Of a stretch of DNA of 20,062 nucleotides, positions 8,129 through 14,866 are shown in pieces; within the stretch, counting starts at the first letter, position 1, and each line of letters starts with the position of its first letter. The stretch is from Candidatus Hermodarchaeota archaeon. GTDB lineage: Archaea; Asgardarchaeota; Lokiarchaeia; Sigyniarchaeales; SOKP01. The stretch is taken from the NCBI GenBank assembly GCA_048885925.1, contig JBHLLG010000052.1:1-20062 (forward strand), in the 5' to 3' direction. The translations under genes and the position numbers were made by a program. The notes beneath the pieces were generated by a model. That model searched no databases. It was not told the origin of the DNA and was given only the letters and a program-made list of their open reading frames with translations.

Positions 8129-9454
8129 ATGGAAGAAGTTAAAAAGAAACCAAAATTAAAACGTAGAGTATCCTTATTTGCTCTTACTATTTATGGAGTA
8201 GGAAATATTTTAGGTGCTGGTATCTATGGGCTAATAGGCTCCGTTGTAGGGATAACGGGAAATCTTTCTTGGCTTTCCTTTATACTAGCTTCAATTACTG
8301 GGGCATTTACAGGATTATCATATGCTGAACTTTCTGCTATGTATCCAAAAAGTGCCGCAGAGTTTGTTTATACTGAAGAGGCATTTAAAAAAAGAATTCT
8401 TTCATTTATTTTAGGATGGATAATTATTTTTTCTGGTATATTATCTGCTTCCACTGTTTCATTGGTGTTTGGTGGTTATCTATCTGATTTATTTAATATC
8501 TCTTCAATACTTCTTAACATTTTCTTAGCAATTATTCTTGTAGTTTTACTTTCTGTCATAAATTTAATTGGTATTAAAACATCTACTCGAACTAACATAA
8601 TATTTACTCTTATTGAAGCTTCTGGTTTAATTATAATTATTATTTTAGGTTTTTTTGGAGATCAAAAGCCTAATTATTTCCTTCTTCCATCAGGTTCATC
8701 TTTTTTAGTAGTTTTTTCCGCAGTTGCATTGGTATTTTTTGCTTTTATCGGATTTGAAGATATTGCTAACATTGCAGAAGAAGTAAAAGAACCTCAGAAG
8801 AATCTTCCTAAGGCAATAATTTATTCAATCACTATAACCACAATATTATATTGCTTTACTGCAATTTCAGTTATCAACATTTTACCCTATTCTACTATTG
8901 CTGCTTCCAATGCACCTTTAAAGGCGGTGGCAGAAACTATTTTAGGTTCAGCAGGAGGAATAATTTTATCTCTAATTGCATTGTTTGCTACAGCTAATAC
9001 AGTCCTCATAATGTTAATTGTTACTTCCAGAATGATGTATGGTATGGCAAGAGATAAAGCCCTTCCTGATGGACTAAGTAAAATTTCACAGAAATATAGA
9101 ACTCCAATTATTTCAGTTTTATTAACAGGATGTTTTACAATTATTCCAATCTTCTTTGGAGATATTTCAATAGTTGCACATGCTACCGTCTTTGGAGTAC
9201 TAATAACTTTTTTTTTGGTTAATATAAGTTTGATTGCTTTACGGAAGAGTAAACCAAAGCTAGAGCGACCATTTATTCTTAAACCCAGTTATAAAGGATT
9301 TCCTATAACTGCGTTGTTAGGTTCTATTATTTGTATTGCTCTATTATTTACATTTAATTGGATAACTGTTTTAATTCAAGTGATCATTATAGTCTGTGGA
9401 GTTATTGTATTCTATGCGATGAAATCGAAAATAGAAACAAAAACCATTAGATAA
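8129..9454 (+). CDS. APC superfamily amino acid permease
   Basis: GNILGAGIY (TM1), SYAELSAMYP, FFAFIGFEDIANIAEEVKEPQKNLPKAI, SRMMYGMARDKALP and LERPF, with about 12 TM segments. Confidence 0.93.
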   Translation: MEEVKKKPKLKRRVSLFALTIYGVGNILGAGIYGLIGSVVGITGNLSWLSFILASITGAFTGLSYAELSAMYPKSAAEFVYTEEAFKKRILSFILGWIIIFSGILSASTVSLVFGGYLSDLFNISSILLNIFLAIILVVLLSVINLIGIKTSTRTNIIFTLIEASGLIIIIILGFFGDQKPNYFLLPSGSSFLVVFSAVALVFFAFIGFEDIANIAEEVKEPQKNLPKAIIYSITITTILYCFTAISVINILPYSTIAASNAPLKAVAETILGSAGGIILSLIALFATANTVLIMLIVTSRMMYGMARDKALPDGLSKISQKYRTPIISVLLTGCFTIIPIFFGDISIVAHATVFGVLITFFLVNISLIALRKSKPKLERPFILKPSYKGFPITALLGSIICIALLFTFNWITVLIQVIIIVCGVIVFYAMKSKIETKTIR

Positions 9455-9588
9455 TAGAACTATAATATATCCATTTGATTTTATAATCATTTTATCAATA
9501 TAAATTTGATATTTAGGTTTAATAATTTTCGATTTTTAAAATTTAGGCTAGATTAACTTTAAATTTCCTGAATGCTACGTTAAACTTG

Positions 9589-10119
9589 ATGGAATTCAAA
9601 AAAACAAAAATTAATTACATTGATATTTTTTTTGCGATCTTTCATTTTTTTATCATATTATTTTCATATTTTTCACTTCCAAGTTTTATAGCATATTCAT
9701 TATCTGCTATTATAGTTTCAAGTTTTTCTCTTTCGATTATGACTTACCTTTTTGTTAAAAATAATCCATTTTACATATATTATAATCTTGGAGTTCTTAT
9801 AATGGGCTTTTTTTTCCTTTCTTCAATCCTTACTAATGAAGGAATCCCTTTAATTTTTATCTTTTTCCTTATCCTTGAAGTAGCTTATTTTTGGAGCCTT
9901 ATTGGGAAAAATCGTCCAACTCCTTATTCAATAGTATGGGGTGGTAGCCATATTCTTGACTATTATAAAGTTCCAGTTAATTATGAGGAAAAATTAGAGT
10001 TATCAAGACAAAAGGAACATCTTAAGAAACTATATAAAAGGAGAAAAAACATAATTTTGAGTATGATCTTAAATATCACTTTTATAATATTTGCTATTCT
10101 TAGTTTTCTATTTGTATAA
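9589..10119 (+). CDS. Hypothetical membrane protein (about 4 N-terminal TM plus one C-terminal TM)
   Basis: 176-aa ORF from the ATG at 9589 with hydrophobic segments separated from a final TM by a charged loop. No family recognised. Confidence 0.6.
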   Translation: MEFKKTKINYIDIFFAIFHFFIILFSYFSLPSFIAYSLSAIIVSSFSLSIMTYLFVKNNPFYIYYNLGVLIMGFFFLSSILTNEGIPLIFIFFLILEVAYFWSLIGKNRPTPYSIVWGGSHILDYYKVPVNYEEKLELSRQKEHLKKLYKRRKNIILSMILNITFIIFAILSFLFV

Positions 10120-10239
10120 TTAATTAAATTAAATATTTTATAGATTTCTAAATTACTACCTTAAATTGTGATAAATTAAGATACAAACAATAACCATGTA
10201 AATTTAGACTAGAAAAATAAAATTTAGAAATATAAATGA

Positions 10240-10989
10240 TTAATTAAATAAATCCTCTATTTTACAATATCCTACAACCTCATCTCTTAAAAATATATTA
10301 AAAGGCAATATTAAACCTTGATAGGGTCTAAGTAGATTAATTAAGGTCTCATGTTCTGGTTTTAAAAAGATTTCTTTAAATTTCTCATCTACGCCCTCTC
10401 GATACTGGCATTGTTGTAATACAAAATTACTTTTAAATCCAAGATCTTCAAGAGACTCAATTATTTTTTGAAGATCACGAGAAGATAATAAATTTTCCTC
10501 ATAAGTAGTTCTAATCTCAAAATCTAAATTTTCCTGATTGTTTAATAACTCAATTGTATCAATTATTGTTTCAATATTTATCTGAACTCCTATAATTTTT
10601 TCATATTTTTCTGGAATAATCGGTCCTTTTAGATCTAATGCCACACGATTGATATAAGGTACCAATTTCTTTAATAATTTAGGGTTAGATCCATTAGTAT
10701 CAATACTTAGATACTTATCAGTAAATTTTTGAATCTCTTTACAAAGATCAAGTAGATCATTTTGAATTGTTGGTTCTCCTCCAGTAATACTTACTCCACT
10801 CACTAATGAATTAGTATTTATTTTATCAATCAATTCAGCTATACTAAATTCTCTACCAACGTTAGGTTGCAATAAATATTTATTATGACAAAATTTGCAG
10901 TTAAAATTACAACCCGCAGTAAATATAACCATGCTTGACCTACTTGGAATATCCTTTGTAGAAATATCAATGATTCCTCCAATCCTCAT
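10240..10989 (-). CDS. nrdG: Radical SAM glycyl-radical activating enzyme, NrdG2 / anaerobic RNR activase-like
   Basis: MRIGG N-terminus, CxxxCxxC (GCNFNCKFCHN), SITGGEPT, IDTNGS, ALDLKG and EIRTT. No ferredoxin insert. The symbol reflects family resemblance, and the target enzyme is uncertain. Confidence 0.8.
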   Translation of the reverse strand: MRIGGIIDISTKDIPSRSSMVIFTAGCNFNCKFCHNKYLLQPNVGREFSIAELIDKINTNSLVSGVSITGGEPTIQNDLLDLCKEIQKFTDKYLSIDTNGSNPKLLKKLVPYINRVALDLKGPIIPEKYEKIIGVQINIETIIDTIELLNNQENLDFEIRTTYEENLLSSRDLQKIIESLEDLGFKSNFVLQQCQYREGVDEKFKEIFLKPEHETLINLLRPYQGLILPFNIFLRDEVVGYCKIEDLFN

Positions 10990-10996
10990 GATAAGT

Positions 10997-11884
10997 TCAA
11001 TACTCTTCTTTGATTAAACGTTCAACTTGATCTAATGGTAAATTAAATGGTCCTGGAGTTTCTAATTTCAAGGAAGTAAGAGCAGCAGCAAACTTTAATG
11101 ATTCTTTTGGATCCTTATTTATTCTTGATCCTAAATAACTAATAAATGCAGTATCACCCCTTCCAGTCCGACCAGCAGAAGTTTTATTTTTCCAAGGAAA
11201 TGTAAAAATTTCTTTGTTTACATTAACAGTTATTCCCTTTTGGTGGGTAATTAGAATTTCACTTGGTCCTAATTCACTCAATTCTTCAGATGCTTGATTA
11301 ATATCATTTTGATTCGTGAGTACAGCTGCCTCATTCTGATCAACTTTTAATACTTTTATTTTTGACAGAATTTGTTTTTTCTCTTTAATTGAAAGATTTC
11401 GGTAAAAGATTCTATTATCAGAAAGTACTCTTATGAATCCTTGAATATCTAAACATAAATTTTCAGGATATTTGTCGTGTAAATAATCCAATAGCTTTAT
11501 ATCGATTTCTCCAGCAATGATTGGACCAATTACAAAAAATTTGGTATGAATTTCCGGAATTTCCTTTATATCAAACATTCCTGCAAATCCCAATGGTTCA
11601 TATTCTCTATTTTCGATATTCTGTAAAGAATATATATTTTTTAAGCCCGATGTCTCATCAGAAGGATGAGTATAATATTTTATTCCACTTTTCTTAAAAA
11701 CTTCTAATAATGGGAAGTCTTCTTTTTTTAATCTAGTGATTATTGCGATCTTTAATCCCATATGACTCCCGGCAATTCCACCATAATAAACAGATCCACC
11801 TAAAGAAGTATAACTTCTTCCATCTACTTCGATTATATCCTTTGCAAAGTGCCCCAGAATAACAATGTCCGATTCAGTCATCAT
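10997..11884 (-). CDS. PfkB/ribokinase family carbohydrate kinase
   Basis: GHFAKD, LGGSVYYGG (N-terminal signature), LDIQGFIR, LKVDQNEA, ILITHQKG and the anion-hole motif GRTGRGDTAF with the catalytic Asp. The ATG at 11884 or 11881 is preferred over the TTG at 11902. The gap to the activase gene is 7 nt. Confidence 0.88.
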   Translation of the reverse strand: MMTESDIVILGHFAKDIIEVDGRSYTSLGGSVYYGGIAGSHMGLKIAIITRLKKEDFPLLEVFKKSGIKYYTHPSDETSGLKNIYSLQNIENREYEPLGFAGMFDIKEIPEIHTKFFVIGPIIAGEIDIKLLDYLHDKYPENLCLDIQGFIRVLSDNRIFYRNLSIKEKKQILSKIKVLKVDQNEAAVLTNQNDINQASEELSELGPSEILITHQKGITVNVNKEIFTFPWKNKTSAGRTGRGDTAFISYLGSRINKDPKESLKFAAALTSLKLETPGPFNLPLDQVERLIKEEY

Positions 11885-11910
11885 AAAGATTCTAATTTCC
11901 AAAAATATAG

Positions 11911-11924
11911 AAAAATAAAAAAAA
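11911..11924 (-). terminator. Oligo-T archaeal terminator after the 49-aa ORF
   Basis: The minus strand reads TTTTTTTTATTTTT about 40 nt past the stop at 11963. Confidence 0.4.
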
Positions 11925-11962
11925 TTTATTTATTCATTTATTATTAATGATGGATCCTCAAT

Positions 11963-12112
11963 TTAGCCTTTTTCTTTTAAACTATTAAAATAGCTAAGTA
12001 GGATTTTTTCTTTAATTTTATAAAATTCAATTTCTATAGGCATTTCATTGATTTTCCCATCATGTCCCTTAGGTTTTACACCTAAAGTAGTCGTATTTAA
12101 ATCCTTGTTCAC
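11963..12112 (-). CDS. Small hypothetical protein, 49 aa, absent from the ORF track
   Basis: GTG start to TAA: MNKDLNTTTLGVKPKGHDGKINEMPIEIEFYKIKEKILLSYFNSLKEKG. An SD-like AGGAGTGATC (12121-12130) sits 8 nt upstream, with a BRE/TATA further up and an oligo-T tract downstream. Confidence 0.7.
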   Translation of the reverse strand: MNKDLNTTTLGVKPKGHDGKINEMPIEIEFYKIKEKILLSYFNSLKEKG

Positions 12113-12183
12113 TCTTTTTAGATCACTCCTAAAATCTTTTCAAATTAAATTATTTTTTTTCTAAAATTATATAGAATATCTTC

Positions 12184-12197
12184 TATTTAAATCTTTC
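12184..12197 (-). promoter_or_regulatory. BRE/TATA promoter of the 49-aa gene
   Basis: The minus strand reads GAAAGA-TTTAAATA, a near-consensus archaeal BRE plus TATA box, about 72 nt upstream of the GTG. Confidence 0.6.
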
Positions 12198-12213
12198 CCA
12201 CGCCTTTCCCACC
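12194..12213. repeat. Direct repeat TTTCCCAC x2 with a 12-bp period, abutting the BRE
   Basis: TTTCCCAC at 12194-12201 and 12206-12213, conspicuously GC-rich within a very AT-rich intergenic region. Confidence 0.6.
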
Positions 12214-12503
12214 TTACAAAATAATATTAAACAACCTGAAAGTATTAAATTCAGTAATAAAAAATGTTCAGACAATTAAAATAATATAATATCTTTTTTT
12301 AAAAAAAAATTTCAAATTAAAGATCTTCTTATGAACAAAATTCAGATTTCTCCTAACCATTCAATATTTTAAGCAACTCATAGATTTATTCTTTAAAATC
12401 TTCATTAGACTTGATATTATGTCTCATTTATTCTAATGTCTTTATGTTTAAAAACAATCTTTCTTAATTATTATATAATTTATCGTAAACATTTTTGATT
12501 TAA

Positions 12504-12752
12504 ATGCCATTTTGTTCTAATTGTGGAAAAGAAATTTACGAAGAAGATCAAAAGCAATATTCTGGGTTTTGTCAATCTTGTTCACAATTAACACATCAAG
12601 TAAAGATGCTAGTTTGTATAAATTGTGGAGCTGAAATATCAGAACACCAGCAGGAAATGTTCTTAGGGTTATGCCCTCCGTGTGTTCGATTGGAAAAGAA
12701 AAGGAGAAGAGGGGTACGTAAGTCACGATGTATTAATCCGTATGGATTTTAG
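12504..12752 (+). CDS. Small double zinc-ribbon protein with a basic tail
   Basis: Two tandem C4 units, CSNCGKEIYEEDQKQYSGFCQSC and CINCGAEISEHQQEMFLGLCPPC, followed by KKRRRGVRKSR. Confidence 0.8.
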   Translation: MPFCSNCGKEIYEEDQKQYSGFCQSCSQLTHQVKMLVCINCGAEISEHQQEMFLGLCPPCVRLEKKRRRGVRKSRCINPYGF

Positions 12753-12812
12753 TAAATAGTAAATCAGTCAAGTAATATAATTTTACTTTAATTAGCTATA
12801 TTTTAAATTCAT

Positions 12813-12824
12813 AAGGTTTTTTAA
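12813..12824 (+). promoter_or_regulatory. Putative BRE/TATA promoter for the winged-helix gene
   Basis: AAGGTTTTTTAA about 55 nt upstream of the ATG at 12879. Confidence 0.4.
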
Positions 12825-12878
12825 GGTGTTTTAACTTTCATTATTAACATTTTAGTACATTTTAATTAGGTAAAGAAT

Positions 12879-13163
12879 ATGATTTTTGAAGACTTAATTG
12901 GTTTGCTTAAAAAGAAAGGATTTAAAGATACTTTGGCCGTGCTCGTCAAACAAAAAGATTATAAAACAGATAAGCATACTTTCTATAATGAATTAAACAA
13001 ATTTTCATATTACAACTCATTTTTTCGAGTGAAGGATGATTTAATCAAAAAAGGATTAATTGAAATCGAAAATACAAATAAAGTGAATTACATTAAGCTT
13101 ACTGAGAAAGGAAAACTTGTTTATGATAAGTTAGATGAAATCAACAAAATGGTTAAAAAATAA
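12879..13163 (+). CDS. Winged helix-turn-helix DNA-binding protein
   Basis: 94 aa and basic. The C-terminal LIKKGLIEIE...YIKLTEKGKLVYDKL is the MarR/ArsR-type wing signature (L.k.GLi...y.LT.kG). Confidence 0.8.
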   Translation: MIFEDLIGLLKKKGFKDTLAVLVKQKDYKTDKHTFYNELNKFSYYNSFFRVKDDLIKKGLIEIENTNKVNYIKLTEKGKLVYDKLDEINKMVKK

Positions 13164-13170
13164 TAACCAA

Positions 13171-13180
13171 TTTTTTTTTT
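13171..13180 (+). terminator. Oligo-T terminator
   Basis: A T10 run 7 nt after the stop of the winged-helix gene. Confidence 0.5.
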
Positions 13181-13210
13181 AACTTATTATCCTTCGGAAG
13201 GGATTTAATA

Positions 13211-13846
13211 TTGATTTTAAGAAGACTAATTGTTGGACCTCTTGGTACCAATTCATATATTTTTGGTTCAACTCAAACAAATCAAGTAGTTATAATCGAT
13301 GTTGGTGGAGATCCAGATATAATCATAAATACTATCGTAGAAAAATTGAATGCAAAACCAATTGCTGTGTTATTGACTCATGGACATTATGATCACACTT
13401 TAAAATTAGGGAAAGTACTTCGACATTTTGATATTCCATTAATGTATAATAAGAAAGAATTTGATTCTGGAACTTATACTCAAAAAAAAGCAGATAGTTG
13501 GCTTTCCGAGGGTGATACTATTAGTATTGGCAAAATAACTTTAAATGTTCTTGAAACTCCAGGACATTCTCCAGGCGCTTTATCTTACTATTCAAAAGAT
13601 CCCCAAGAATATAATGGTCAGAAGATCGATGGAGTGGTCTTTACAGGTGATTTAATATTTCATAGAAGTATTGGAAGATCAGATCTTAGAGGGGGGGATT
13701 CACGACTATTATTTTCGAGTATTAAAAATAAAATTATGTATAATCCCGACATTACTGATAATTTTTTAATATTACCTGGTCATATGGGTATTAGTTCTGT
13801 AGGAGAGGAACGAAAAAAGAATATGTTTAAAGACTATTTTTTATAG
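13211..13846 (+). CDS. MBL-fold metallo-hydrolase, glyoxalase II/YcbL-like
   Basis: VGPLGTNSY, IIDVG, THGHYDH (HxHxDH), TPGHSPG, FTGDLIF, SIGRSDL and LPGH. TTG start with GAAGGGA upstream. Confidence 0.92.
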   Translation: MILRRLIVGPLGTNSYIFGSTQTNQVVIIDVGGDPDIIINTIVEKLNAKPIAVLLTHGHYDHTLKLGKVLRHFDIPLMYNKKEFDSGTYTQKKADSWLSEGDTISIGKITLNVLETPGHSPGALSYYSKDPQEYNGQKIDGVVFTGDLIFHRSIGRSDLRGGDSRLLFSSIKNKIMYNPDITDNFLILPGHMGISSVGEERKKNMFKDYFL

Positions 13847-14013
13847 ATTTAGTGATCAATTATTTAAATGTAATTTTTTTTAGAGTTGAGTAGTGAAATG
13901 AATAATATTATTTCATTTCAAGAACTTTTTTTAATATAAATTTTTAAAAACCTTAAATCTATTATAATATTAAAATTTAGAAATTTAGAATATTTCTCAA
14001 GGTGTTTTAAAGG

Positions 14014-14310
14014 TTGATTAATAGAGCTGAAGTAAAAGCTATAATTCGACGCTTCGAAGAAAGAGAAGGGATTCGTGGTGTAATCATCTGCGACTCATCA
14101 GGTTTGCCAATAGATTCTAATATGGATATTAATTTATCAGAAGAAATTGCTGCTTATGTAACTTCACTTATCGGTAAAGGACGCCAAGTCGTTGATGCAT
14201 TAAATGAAGGTTCACTGAATTTTATTCGTTTAGAAACATCAGTAGGCGGGGAATCAAGGGAAACTATGATCGCTTTGGAAGAGAATCTAATTTTAATAAT
14301 TCTGAAATAA
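14014..14310 (+). CDS. Roadblock/LC7 protein, dynein light chain roadblock (DYNLRB)-like
   Basis: 98 aa: EVKAIIRRFEEREGIRGVIICDSSGLPIDSNM...LNFIRLET...ETMIA...LILIILK. It ends after the last strand, like LC7-type roadblocks. TTG start with AGGTG upstream. Confidence 0.88.
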   Translation: MINRAEVKAIIRRFEEREGIRGVIICDSSGLPIDSNMDINLSEEIAAYVTSLIGKGRQVVDALNEGSLNFIRLETSVGGESRETMIALEENLILIILK

Positions 14311-14339
14311 TTTGTTATTTTTTCACTTTTCCTTTTTTT
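14311..14339 (+). terminator. T-rich terminator after roadblock 1
   Basis: Several T-runs immediately after the stop codon. Confidence 0.45.
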
Positions 14340-14460
14340 ATTCAAAATATAAATTTAAATTGCTTAAACGATATATTTAACTATATATTTATTTAAGAAA
14401 ATTTCTTTACCAATTTCAGATTTCAAATCTATTATAATTAAAGGATAAGAGAAAATTAGT

Positions 14461-14814
14461 ATGGTTGATAAAAAGGTTCTTGAACAGAAATTGGCAGAAC
14501 TCATGGATATTGTGCCAGAAACGGAAGGTTTAATAGCAGCTGATGCAAGTGGACAAGTTTTAGTAGGACAAACTATTACAGAGATGGATCATGCAAAGAT
14601 TGCAAAAGCTTGTGCTACGATTATCAAGGATTCTAACAGCTTAGGCAAAGATATTGGAAAGGGTTCTTTAAAGACTACTACCATTGAACTAGAAAAAGGT
14701 TATGCTGTTTTAGTCGGTTCAGAAAAAGCTGTATTAATTGCTTTAGCAGGTGTTGATGGTAGGAGTTCTTTGGGCCTTTTAAAGAGAAATTTGATTTCGA
14801 TATCTAATTTATAA
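14461..14814 (+). CDS. Roadblock/LC7 protein, MglB/LAMTOR-type with a C-terminal helix
   Basis: 117 aa: L..LM..VPETEGLIAADASGQVL...LGKDIGKGSLKTTTIELEKGYAVLV...LIALA...SLGLLKRNL. This matches the MglB-like pattern including the LGLL helix. Confidence 0.88.
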   Translation: MVDKKVLEQKLAELMDIVPETEGLIAADASGQVLVGQTITEMDHAKIAKACATIIKDSNSLGKDIGKGSLKTTTIELEKGYAVLVGSEKAVLIALAGVDGRSSLGLLKRNLISISNL

Positions 14815-14819
14815 ATTTA

Positions 14820-14834
14820 TTTTCTCTTTTTTTT
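14820..14834 (+). terminator. T-rich terminator after roadblock 2
   Basis: TTTTCTCTTTTTTTT just after the stop, in the convergent intergenic gap. Confidence 0.45.
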
Positions 14835-14866
14835 AAAGATACTTGTAATAAGGATTAGAAAAATAA

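Noticed and set aside
10990-10999. Selenocysteine readthrough of the PfkB TGA into the activase
   Set aside because: The activase is in a different frame, the kinase domain is complete at the TGA, and I saw no SECIS-like hairpin.
12195-12202. Exact match to the eukaryotic CSL/Su(H) site CGTGGGAA on the minus strand
   Set aside because: A single 8-mer match with no CSL-like gene in view is most likely coincidence. The repeat itself is reported separately.
12214-12503. Possible ncRNA, CRISPR array or replication origin in the long AT-rich intergenic stretch
   Set aside because: No spaced repeats, GC-rich stems, tRNA-like folds, ORB-like boxes or adjacent cdc6 gene are visible.
12517-12726. 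69-aa minus-strand ORF
   Set aside because: It lies opposite the zinc-ribbon ORF, whose repeated Cys pattern is far more convincing.
13189-13204. Small palindrome CCTTC-G-GAAGG over the MBL ribosome-binding site
   Set aside because: The stem is too short to support a riboswitch or structured RNA call.
14154-14345. 63-aa minus-strand ORF
   Set aside because: Antisense to roadblock 1 and its terminator.
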